NCBI GenBank assembly: GCA_036513075.1
Contig: DATBZS010000042.1
Location: 261 to 64,260, forward strand
Direction of reading: 5' to 3'
Source: Acidimicrobiales bacterium
GTDB lineage: Bacteria; Actinomycetota; Acidimicrobiia; Acidimicrobiales; RAAP-2
DNA: 64,000 nt
Position numbers and translations under genes: made by a program. Below the pieces are notes generated by a model that worked only from the letters and a program-made list of their open reading frames with translations, did no database searches and had not been told where the DNA came from. This document shows, piece after piece, positions 8,790 to 16,404 of this stretch. The number at the start of each line of letters is the position of its first letter. The stretch's first letter is position 1.

Positions 8790-10202
8790 ATGGACAGCGG
8801 GCACGGTGTCGCAATGAGCCACGCACCCCGACCACCGTCGGACGAGGACGTCCTCGGGCGGCCGCCCCAACTGGAGATCGTCATCCCGGTGTACAACGAG
8901 GCGCAGCAGCTGGCGGCGAGTATCACCGCGCTTCGCTCCTTCCTCGACTCCCGGTTCCCGCTGACCACGGTCGTAACCGTCGTGGACAATGCCAGCTCCG
9001 ACGACACGTGGTCCATCGCCTCCGGTCTGGCCGCCAGCCTGCCCGGCGTCGAGGCCCTCCACCTGGATCAGAAGGGTCGGGGGCGGGCGCTACGGGCCGC
9101 TTGGACGGCCAGTCGTTCTCCGGTCGTGGCCTACATGGACGCGGACCTCGCCACCGGCCTCGAGGCCCTCCTGCCCCTGGTCGCCCCGCTCTTGACGGGG
9201 CACAGCGACGTGGCCATCGGCACCCGCCTTGCGCCCGGCGCCCACGTGGTGCGAGGGGCGCGGCGCGAGATCATCTCCCGGGGCTACAACGTGCTGCTCA
9301 AGACGGCGTTGGCCAACTCCTGCAGCGATGCCCAGTGCGGCTTCAAAGCGCTGCGGCGCGAAGCGGCCGACGTCGTTCTCCCCCTGGTCGACGACGAGGC
9401 CTGGTTCTTCGACACCGAGGTCCTCATCACCGCCCAACGCCTCGGGCTGCGGATCCACGAAGTGCCGGTCGACTGGGTCGACGACCTCGACTCCCGGGTG
9501 GCCGTGGCCCGCACGGCCTGGCTCGACGTGTGCGGGGTGGCACGCATGATGACGCCGGCCTCGCGCCGTCGTGCCGCCCGGGCCCGGAGGGACCTCCCCC
9601 GTACCCTGGTGCCGGCTTCCTCGGCGACCGGGTCGGGTCCGGACCCCAGGGCCGCGGCGACCGGCCGTGCACGCTCCACCAACGAGGTCTTTGCCGACGA
9701 GCTGCTCCGCTTCGCCGGTGTCGGCCTGGTCAGCACGCTGGCCTACGTGCTCTTGTTCGCCGTCCTCGAGCCGTGGATCGATGTGTACGCGGCCAACGCC
9801 GTCGCCATCATCGGCTGCAGTCTCGGGAACACCGCCGCCCACCGGGGAATGTCGGGGACGGCGCGCCTGGGCCTCGATCGTCGGCACCGGATGCTGGTTG
9901 GCTCCGCACTTCTCGGCGTCAGCCTCGGCTCCACCACGCTCGCCCTCTTCATTACCCGGGCATTCGGTCTCGATGCACTGGCCCCCGAACTGTTAGCCGT
10001 GACCGCAGCCAACGTGGCCGCGGCGGCGTTCCGCTTCGCCATCCTGCGGACCTGGATCTTCCGGCCCCGATTCGGCACCCACCTCGGCCCCGCCGCACCC
10101 GCCGACCAGGTCACCGGAGCCACGAACCCACCCGATTTCATTCCCGAGCCCCTAGCCCCCCTGTCCGCCACCGACCTCACACCTGCGAGGACCTCCCGAT
10201 GA
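8790..10202 (+). CDS. GT2 glycosyltransferase (polyprenyl-phosphate sugar synthase-like) fused to a GtrA-like membrane domain
   Basis: 'LEIVIPVYNE', 'VDNASSDDT' and 'YMDADL' (DxD) define the GT2 part. The C-terminal four-helix region 'FAGVGLVSTLAYVLLF...FRFAILRTWIF' is GtrA-like. The start is uncertain: GTG 8715, ATG 8790 or ATG 8814. Confidence 0.8.
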   Translation: MDSGHGVAMSHAPRPPSDEDVLGRPPQLEIVIPVYNEAQQLAASITALRSFLDSRFPLTTVVTVVDNASSDDTWSIASGLAASLPGVEALHLDQKGRGRALRAAWTASRSPVVAYMDADLATGLEALLPLVAPLLTGHSDVAIGTRLAPGAHVVRGARREIISRGYNVLLKTALANSCSDAQCGFKALRREAADVVLPLVDDEAWFFDTEVLITAQRLGLRIHEVPVDWVDDLDSRVAVARTAWLDVCGVARMMTPASRRRAARARRDLPRTLVPASSATGSGPDPRAAATGRARSTNEVFADELLRFAGVGLVSTLAYVLLFAVLEPWIDVYAANAVAIIGCSLGNTAAHRGMSGTARLGLDRRHRMLVGSALLGVSLGSTTLALFITRAFGLDALAPELLAVTAANVAAAAFRFAILRTWIFRPRFGTHLGPAAPADQVTGATNPPDFIPEPLAPLSATDLTPARTSR

Positions 10203-12439
10203 CCGACGTCCAGTTCCCCGACGACTCCGCCGCACCGAACGGCGCGGCGACCACGGTGGTCGACGCCCCGGGCTGGGACGTCTACGCCCCCGACGCCGTC
10301 CCCAACGCTCCCGACAGCCTCACCATCCCTCCTACCGCCGACGCCGCCGATGGCCCAGGTGCCGACGGCCCCCGGCCGACATTCGGCCGACGACTCGTCC
10401 GGGGCCGGCCCGAGGACCCGGCCTGGGTCCGCCCGGACCTGCTCGCCCTCCTCGTGGGCACCGGCGTCCTCTACATTTGGGGCCTCGGCGCATCCGGTTG
10501 GGCCAACAGCTTCTACTCGGCCGCCGTCCAGGCCGGCACCAAGAGCTGGAAGGCCTTCTTCTTCGGCTCCTTCGACTCATCGAACTTCATCACCGTCGAC
10601 AAGCCGCCGGCCTCGCTGTGGGTGATGGAGCTTTCCGCCCGGATCTTCGGCGTGAACTCGTGGAGCATCCTGGTGCCCCAGGCCCTGGAGGGGGTGGCCA
10701 CCGTCGGCGTGCTCTACGCCTGCGTGCGCCGTTGGTTCAGCCCTGGTGCCGCCTTATTGTCCGGCGCCGTGCTCGCCCTGACCCCGGTGGCCACGCTGAT
10801 GTTCCGGTACAACAATCCTGACGCCCTGCTCACCTTGCTGCTGACATGTGCCGCCTACGCCACCATCCGAGCGCTCGAGGCAGGGCGGACCAGGTGGCTG
10901 GTGCTGGCCGGCACGCTCGTCGGCTTCGGCTTCATCACCAAGATGATGCAGGCCCTCATTCTCATGCCGGTGCTCGCCCTCGTCTACCTGGTCGCCGGCC
11001 CGCCGAAGCTCGGGCGGCGCATCGTCCAGCTGGTCTGGACAGGAGGGGCACTCGTAGTGGCCGGCGGCTGGTGGGTGGCCGTCGTCGAACTGACCCCGGC
11101 AGCGGACCGTCCTTACATCGGCGGCTCGACCGACAACAGCCTCTTCAATCTCATCTTCGGGTACAACGGCATCGGTCGCCTCAGCGGGAACGAGACGGGC
11201 AGCGTCGGTGGCCGTGGCACCGCCGGCTCCGTGTGGGGCCCGACCGGTTGGGACCGCCTCTTCACCAAGTCGTTCGGCGGCCAGATCTCCTGGCTCATCC
11301 CCGGCGCCCTGATCGGACTGGTGGCCGTGCTGTGGCTGACCCGCCGGTCCCCTCGGACCGACCGCACCCGGTCGGCGTTCGTGCTCTTCGGCGGCTGGCT
11401 GCTCCTGACCGGACTAATCCTCAGCTACGCCCAGGGCATCATCCATCCGTACTACACGGTGGTCCTCGCCCCCGCCGTTGGCGCCCTCGTCGGAATGGGC
11501 GGCACCTACCTCTGGCACCGGCGGGTCGAGTGGTTCCCTCGTATCGCCCTGGGTGCGGCCGTCCTGGCCACCGCGGTGTGGTCGTTCGTGCTCCTCGGCT
11601 GGAGCCCGGGGTGGTACCCGGGACTGCGGTGGGCCATCCTGGCCGCCGGCATCGTGGCCACGGTCGGCATCGCCCTGTCGTCCCGGGCCCGCGGCGTCCT
11701 GGCCGCCGGCATCGCCGGCCTAGGCATCGCCGCCATCCTCGCCGGGCCGGCCGCCTATGCCATCGACACTGCGGCTACGGCCCATTCCGGTTCGATCCCC
11801 TCGGCCGGACCGGCGATCCAGGGTGGGGGCTTCGGCCCCGGTGGGCGGGGCGGGTTCACCGGCGGGGCTGGCGGTCGTCCCGGTGGATTCGCCGGGCGGT
11901 TCCCAGGCGGGGCGACGGCCGGAAGTTTCGCCGGGCGGTTCCCGGGCGGGGCGACGGCGGGAGGGTTCGCCGGCGGCGCACCCGCTGGTGGATTTGGCGG
12001 CAGGGGCTTCCCCGGGGGCGGTGCCAGGCCGGCCCTGGCCGGTGGTGCGGGTGGTGGTGCGGCCGGCGGGCTGCTCAACGCCTCGACGCCCGGCAAGCAG
12101 CTGACGACACTGCTGCAGGCGAATGCCTCCCGATACCCGTGGGTGGCCGCCACCACCGGAGCCGACACGGCGTCGGGCTACCAGTTGGCGGCCGACCAGC
12201 CGGTCATGGCCATCGGTGGCTTCAACGGGACCGACCCGGCGCCCACGCTGACCCAGTTCCAGCGCTACGTAGCGGAGGGGAAGATCCACTACTTCCTCGG
12301 CGGCGGCGGGTTCGGCCCGGGGGGCGGCTCGAGCACCACCTCGAGTTCCTCAGCCATCGCCACCTGGGTGGCGGCCCACTACACGGCGAAGACGGTGGAC
12401 GGCGTCACGGTCTACGACCTCACGGACCCGGCTCACTGA
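10199..12439 (+). CDS. GT39/ArnT-like (PMT_2) membrane glycosyltransferase with Gly-rich extracytoplasmic region
   Basis: Real part of track ORF 9008..12439. ATG 10199 overlaps the GT2 stop (ATGA). 'SFYSAAVQAGTKSWKAFFFGSFDSSNFITVDKPPASLW' and many TM helices fit actinobacterial GT39 proteins. A G/F/A/R-rich repeat segment lies near the C terminus. Confidence 0.85.
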   Translation: MTDVQFPDDSAAPNGAATTVVDAPGWDVYAPDAVPNAPDSLTIPPTADAADGPGADGPRPTFGRRLVRGRPEDPAWVRPDLLALLVGTGVLYIWGLGASGWANSFYSAAVQAGTKSWKAFFFGSFDSSNFITVDKPPASLWVMELSARIFGVNSWSILVPQALEGVATVGVLYACVRRWFSPGAALLSGAVLALTPVATLMFRYNNPDALLTLLLTCAAYATIRALEAGRTRWLVLAGTLVGFGFITKMMQALILMPVLALVYLVAGPPKLGRRIVQLVWTGGALVVAGGWWVAVVELTPAADRPYIGGSTDNSLFNLIFGYNGIGRLSGNETGSVGGRGTAGSVWGPTGWDRLFTKSFGGQISWLIPGALIGLVAVLWLTRRSPRTDRTRSAFVLFGGWLLLTGLILSYAQGIIHPYYTVVLAPAVGALVGMGGTYLWHRRVEWFPRIALGAAVLATAVWSFVLLGWSPGWYPGLRWAILAAGIVATVGIALSSRARGVLAAGIAGLGIAAILAGPAAYAIDTAATAHSGSIPSAGPAIQGGGFGPGGRGGFTGGAGGRPGGFAGRFPGGATAGSFAGRFPGGATAGGFAGGAPAGGFGGRGFPGGGARPALAGGAGGGAAGGLLNASTPGKQLTTLLQANASRYPWVAATTGADTASGYQLAADQPVMAIGGFNGTDPAPTLTQFQRYVAEGKIHYFLGGGGFGPGGGSSTTSSSSAIATWVAAHYTAKTVDGVTVYDLTDPAH
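11888..11975 (+). repeat. 39-bp (13-codon) tandem duplication inside the GT39 gene
   Basis: 'ttcgccgggcggttcccaggcggggcgacggccggaagt' (11888-11926) is followed by 'ttcgccgggcggttcccgggcggggcgacggcgggaggg' (11927-11965) and a partial third unit. These encode FAGRFPGGATAGS / FAGRFPGGATAGG. Confidence 0.85.
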
Positions 12440-12650
12440 GGCAGGTGTGCCATCGACCACGACGACTACGACCACGGAGATCCCCCTGCCATGACTCTGC
12501 CCCCGTTGCCATGGACGACCACTGATGTCCCAGGGGGCGGTCGGGAACGCCCGCATCCCCTCGATGCAAACTGGTCACCGGATGTGGATCCCAAGGGCGG
12601 TGCCGGAGCGATGTGCGACTTCAGCACTTCCCCGACGCGGCGTTCACGGC

Positions 12651-12680
12651 ATGTCCGGCAGCGGTATGTCCGGCAGCGGT
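12651..12680. repeat. Perfect 15-bp tandem direct repeat abutting the hipA stop codon
   Basis: 'atgtccggcagcggt' occurs at 12651-12665 and again at 12666-12680. The last base is the first base of the hipA stop triplet (12680-12682 on the plus strand). Confidence 0.9.
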
Positions 12681-13984
12681 CAGTGCAACCGATTCGACCA
12701 GGCATTGATGTCGGCGGAGATGCCCTGGGCCATCGCCTCAGGTACCTCCGCCTCGTTTGCCTGGCGCGGCCAGTCGTCGACGGCGGCGAGTACCTGCTCC
12801 ATGATGCGCGCTGCCCCCGGTACTTCGAAGCGATCTGCGACAGACATGACATCGTTCCGTTCGATGACCACAGTCGCGCCGTTGACGGCCATCAGATGCT
12901 GGCGTGTCCACTGACTTGCAGGATTGTGCGCGTGCGTGACGTCGTAGGCCGGAGCCAGCTGCCACCGATCACCCTCAGGCAGCAAGAAGGAGAAATTCTT
13001 GGTGTGATCGTCGCAGTTGGCGGCGGCCACGTTGAACACCATCCTCCGGAATGCCTCTGCGCGCGCCTCCGCTCCAAGACCGAGCTGCTCCATCTGCACG
13101 AAGAGCTGTGCGTAGTCGTGCACTCCGGACTGCCGGAGGTCGAGGTGCGCCAGGGCGCACAATGACTGGACATGGATCTTGGCACCGTCCGGCGTACGGT
13201 CGAAGCGGCGAGTCATGAAATGAGCGCGGCGGCCCTCCTCGAACAGGCGGCACTCCATCATGGTGATGCCGGCAGCCGCGGCCATCCGTGAGTACGCGTA
13301 CTCGATGCGTCCGAAGTGACCGGATGCGCCCAGGTCCAGGCCGGGGCTGACACCGTCCAGTTTTAGCAGCCAGTGTTCGAAGCCCGGGTCTGTCGGGACC
13401 TGCCCTGATCGCAGCTCACCGGTGTCGGGATTGAGTGCGACGACTGCTTTGGCTCGCGCACCTCCCGCGGATGTACCGACGGCGATCAGGTGCGCGACCG
13501 GATCGGTGGCACTCGCTTCGGTGGTGATCTCCCCGGCCAGCGCACTGCGTGCAGATGTGACCAGTTCCGACAGTTCGATCGCGGTCGACCTGCGTGTCCG
13601 TGGGCCGCGCATCGGGTGGAATTCCAGAGCGCCCATGCCTCGGTTCCCCAGATAGGCCAATCGATCGAGGGGTGTGATGTTCTCGGCTGGCACGCCTTCG
13701 CGGGCAAAGTAGGCCGTCGTCAGCGCATTGCCGAAGTCATCCGGCAGTGCATCGGCAACCATCGATGGAAGGCGGCAGAAGGTGGCGGGAGGAAGATTCG
13801 GAAACATGAACCGGGACGGTCGGTCGCGGACGGGCATAGTTGTCGGCGCCAGTTCGATGCCCGAGTGGCGCCACTGCTGTTCGTACTCGAAGACATAGAA
13901 GCCGGAACGCTCGTCGAGGGCGATTGCGCCCACTCGCGCACCCCAACACCTGACTTCGACGAGGTCGACCGTTCCGTACGGCAT
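12680..13984 (-). CDS. hipA: HipA-family serine/threonine kinase toxin (434 aa)
   Basis: The N-terminal coupling region is 'VRCWGARVGAIALDERSGFYVFEY'. The catalytic region 'NCDDHTKNFSFLLPEGDRWQLAPAYDVTHAHNP' matches the D-x-H-x-K-N loop and AYD block of HipA kinases. It lies directly downstream of an HTH gene, with a 3-nt gap. Confidence 0.85.
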   Translation of the reverse strand: MPYGTVDLVEVRCWGARVGAIALDERSGFYVFEYEQQWRHSGIELAPTTMPVRDRPSRFMFPNLPPATFCRLPSMVADALPDDFGNALTTAYFAREGVPAENITPLDRLAYLGNRGMGALEFHPMRGPRTRRSTAIELSELVTSARSALAGEITTEASATDPVAHLIAVGTSAGGARAKAVVALNPDTGELRSGQVPTDPGFEHWLLKLDGVSPGLDLGASGHFGRIEYAYSRMAAAAGITMMECRLFEEGRRAHFMTRRFDRTPDGAKIHVQSLCALAHLDLRQSGVHDYAQLFVQMEQLGLGAEARAEAFRRMVFNVAAANCDDHTKNFSFLLPEGDRWQLAPAYDVTHAHNPASQWTRQHLMAVNGATVVIERNDVMSVADRFEVPGAARIMEQVLAAVDDWPRQANEAEVPEAMAQGISADINAWSNRLH

Positions 13985-13987
13985 CGC

Positions 13988-14314
13988 TCAGCCGGTGTGC
14001 GGTCGTCGGGTTCGGACCCGCATCGGTGTACTCGGCGCACGCTGCTTTGCTCGCAGCATCTGCATCGGAGAGACGGTCACTTCCGGGGCCAGGCTCTCGA
14101 GCCAGTCAGTTCGACCGAGGGCACGAGCGACGGCAATGACCGTCTTCAGTTGTGAACCCTTGCCGCGCTCGAGATTCGAGAGAGTGGCCACCGACACGTT
14201 CGCCAAGGAGGCGAGTTGCACCTGGTCCAGGCCGCTCCCGACACGGGCAATGCGGACCTGCTGGCCAATCGAGGCCTCCCACTCGTCTACCGTCAGGTGC
14301 CTCCGCTCTATCAT
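13988..14314 (-). CDS. hipB: XRE-family HTH antitoxin (HipB-like)
   Basis: 108 aa. The HTH is 'QVQLASLANVSVATLSNLERGKG'. AAGGA lies 6 nt upstream of the ATG at 14312-14314. Position immediately 5' of hipA is the canonical hipBA order. Confidence 0.8.
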   Translation of the reverse strand: MIERRHLTVDEWEASIGQQVRIARVGSGLDQVQLASLANVSVATLSNLERGKGSQLKTVIAVARALGRTDWLESLAPEVTVSPMQMLRAKQRAPSTPMRVRTRRPHTG

Positions 14315-14460
14315 TACTATCCTTGGAGTTAGTCGATTATTGGTCAGTAACTTAAAGATTACTATGAGTTAGACGGCAGGACAAGTTACACCCGAATAAC
14401 TAACTGAAATTTGGAGATTATATCCAAAATTTACTCTACACACCGATTTCTATTTGTTAC
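14315..14460 (-). promoter_or_regulatory. AT-rich hipBA promoter/operator region
   Basis: My hand count gives about 50 G+C in 146 nt, in an otherwise GC-rich window. On the minus strand a consensus TATAAT (14417-14422) sits in the spacer of the inverted repeat TTTGGA (14410-14415) / TCCAAA (14423-14428). A further inverted repeat is GTAACTT (14347-14353) / AAGTTAC (14383-14389). The direct repeat GAGTTAG occurs at 14326-14332 and 14366-14372. Confidence 0.6.
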
Positions 14461-14601
14461 ACGGAAGTGATTGTGTCGCTCTCCTGCGTGCGGGATCCCC
14501 TCCCGTCGGCCCTTTGCGCCGAGGAGGCCGCAGGCCGGTCGTAGAGCCCCGAGGTAGTCCCGACGAATGGATGGAGACCGTCGGTGGCTCAGTCTGGACG
14601 T

Positions 14602-14638
14602 GTCGGCACTGTGCCGACCGAGACGCTGTCAGAGCGTC
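14602..14638 (-). terminator. Two adjacent hairpins downstream of the GNAT gene (weak terminator candidate)
   Basis: 'gtcggcac'-t-'gtgccgac' spans 14602-14618. 'gacgct'-gtcag-'agcgtc' spans 14622-14638. They lie 57-93 nt past the GNAT stop. No U-tract follows. Confidence 0.3.
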
Positions 14639-14694
14639 ACGCGGCGGGCCGCTCAGGATGGGACAGGAAGCCCTCCCCGGCAACGGCGGGTGTT

Positions 14695-15324
14695 CTAGCG
14701 GGGCGGCCTGGTCATGGTGAACAGCGGCGGGCCACCGGGGCTCGGCGTTAGCCGATCGGTCTCCTCGAAGCCGAACCGCCGGTAGTAGGGGAGGTTGGCC
14801 TCCTTCTGGGTCTCCAAGTAGCAGGGCAGCCCATCGGCATCGAGGGCTTCCAGGCTCGGCTCCATCAGTGCGGTACCGATGCCCCGGCGCCACACCATGG
14901 GGTCGGCCACCAGGAGGTTCAAGTACCAGTGGTCGTCGCGCGGCCGGGCCTTCGCCATGGCCGACACGTACCGGAGGCCTTTCATGACCGCCGGTGGCCG
15001 GGGGATGAGGGCCCGCAAGGATCCGGCCATCTCGCGGGCCTGGGCGGCGACGGGCAGCGGGTAGGTCCCGGGCTTCTGCCATACGCAGATCCCCACAAGG
15101 GTCCCGGCCCGGTCACGGGCGCCGGTGGCCACCGCCGAGTCGCCGAGGACGGCGAGATGGGACCGCATGTAGATGGCCAGACCACGGGCCCGCAGCATGG
15201 GCTCGGCCGACAGGTGGATGAAGAACGGGTCGTCGTAAAAGCTGCGAGCCCCCAGCACGGCGGCCTCGTTGCGAGTGAGCCGGTCAAGCGTGATGGCGGA
15301 GAATGTGAATGGAGACGGTGCCAT
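14695..15324 (-). CDS. GNAT-family N-acetyltransferase
   Basis: Track ORF 14695..15459 trimmed to the ATG at 15322-15324 ('MAPSPFTFSAITL'). The acetyl-CoA motif A is 'VWRRGIGTALMEPSL', followed by 'YYRRFGFEE'. Confidence 0.8.
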   Translation of the reverse strand: MAPSPFTFSAITLDRLTRNEAAVLGARSFYDDPFFIHLSAEPMLRARGLAIYMRSHLAVLGDSAVATGARDRAGTLVGICVWQKPGTYPLPVAAQAREMAGSLRALIPRPPAVMKGLRYVSAMAKARPRDDHWYLNLLVADPMVWRRGIGTALMEPSLEALDADGLPCYLETQKEANLPYYRRFGFEETDRLTPSPGGPPLFTMTRPPR

Positions 15325-15563
15325 GGCGCGCACAGTAGCGCCCACCGAGGAGGTCCTCCTCACTGCCGGGAGGCACCCCAGCTCCCGCGGCTGCGCACCC
15401 GGACCTTCATCCACCGCCGCGGCCATGGGAACTCCGGCGTCCGCGCGGCCCGCCCTCACCCGGGCATGGCCGCGGAATACGCGCGAAAGTGGTCGGGTAG
15501 TTCGACCTTTCGGGAAGCCGGGCGGACGCTACGGCTCCCGGGTACGACACCAAGGAGGCAGCC

Positions 15564-16334
15564 ATGCCCAGCATCGAGTCCTACGTTCCCGGCACGCCAT
15601 CATGGGTGGACCTGGCTTCGCCCGACGTCGACGCGTCGGTCGCCTTCTATGGCGACCTCTTCGGGTGGGTCGCACCCGAATTGCCGCCCGAGGCCGGTGG
15701 CTACCGGATGTTCGAGCTCGGAGGCGTGCCCGTGGCTGGCGCCGCCCCCATCATGATGCCCGGCCAACCGCCGGCGTGGACGACCTACGTGTCCGTCGAC
15801 GACGCCGACGCGTCGATCGCCAAGGCGAAGGCGGCCGGCGCCACGGTCTTCGTGGAGCCCATGGACGTGCTCGATGTCGGCCGGATGGCCGTGTTCGCCG
15901 ACCCCACCGGTGCGGCCTGCGCGGTGTGGCAGCCGAAAGCCCACCCGGGTGCGGGACTGGTCAACGAGCCCGGCGCACTGGCCTGGAACGAGCTGTCCAC
16001 CCGGGACACGACTGCCGCCGCTGCCTTCTACGCCGCAGTGTTCGGATGGGAGGCGGCCACGGCCGATATGGGCGGCATGGAGTACACCGAATGGAGGCTC
16101 GAAGGGAACCCGGTCGGTGGAATGATGCCGATGCCTGCCGAGATCCCGGCCGAGGTGCCCGCCTACTGGCTCACCTACTTCGCCACGGCCGACTGCGACG
16201 ACACCGTGGGTCGGGCGTCAGCCGCCGGGGCCACGGTCGTGGTTCCGCCCACCGACATCCCACCGGGCCGGTTCGCCGTCCTCGTCGACCCGGTCGGCGC
16301 CACGTTCGGCACCATCGCACTGGCGGCGGCCTGA
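15564..16334 (+). CDS. Two-domain VOC/glyoxalase-like protein
   Basis: AAGGAGG lies upstream of ATG 15564. The protein is an internal duplication: 'PSWVDLASPDVDASVAFYGDLFGW...FADPTGAACAVWQ' and 'LAWNELSTRDTTAAAAFYAAVFGW...LVDPVGATFG'. Confidence 0.85.
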   Translation: MPSIESYVPGTPSWVDLASPDVDASVAFYGDLFGWVAPELPPEAGGYRMFELGGVPVAGAAPIMMPGQPPAWTTYVSVDDADASIAKAKAAGATVFVEPMDVLDVGRMAVFADPTGAACAVWQPKAHPGAGLVNEPGALAWNELSTRDTTAAAAFYAAVFGWEAATADMGGMEYTEWRLEGNPVGGMMPMPAEIPAEVPAYWLTYFATADCDDTVGRASAAGATVVVPPTDIPPGRFAVLVDPVGATFGTIALAAA

Positions 16335-16404
16335 CGGGGGGGTCCATGGCCCCGTCGCCGGCTCCATCGACGGTCCCCATGGGCCGGAACTGCTCCATCC
16401 GGGA

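Noticed and set aside
9008-10198. N-terminal 397 codons of the 1143-aa ORF, and the N-terminal parts of ORFs 2796..4910, 2557..3147, 27292..30027, 32108..33421 and 44115..45767
   Set aside because: These extensions run in alternate frames through upstream genes that have strong family signatures. They are Arg/Pro/Gly-rich. Internal starts with stop/start overlaps or RBS give products of normal family length.
11780-11800. 'ggttcgatcccc', reminiscent of a tRNA T-loop
   Set aside because: It lies inside the GT39 coding frame. The flanking bases do not form a T-stem or any cloverleaf.
15347-15361. 15-bp palindrome 'gaggagg-t-cctcctc' upstream of the GNAT gene; also the 7-bp-arm repeat 'ctgtgaa' (6222-6228) / 'ttcacag' (6273-6279) upstream of the response regulator
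   Set aside because: They are real in the sequence but short and isolated, with no second copy or positional logic that I can support. They could be chance in GC-rich intergenic DNA.
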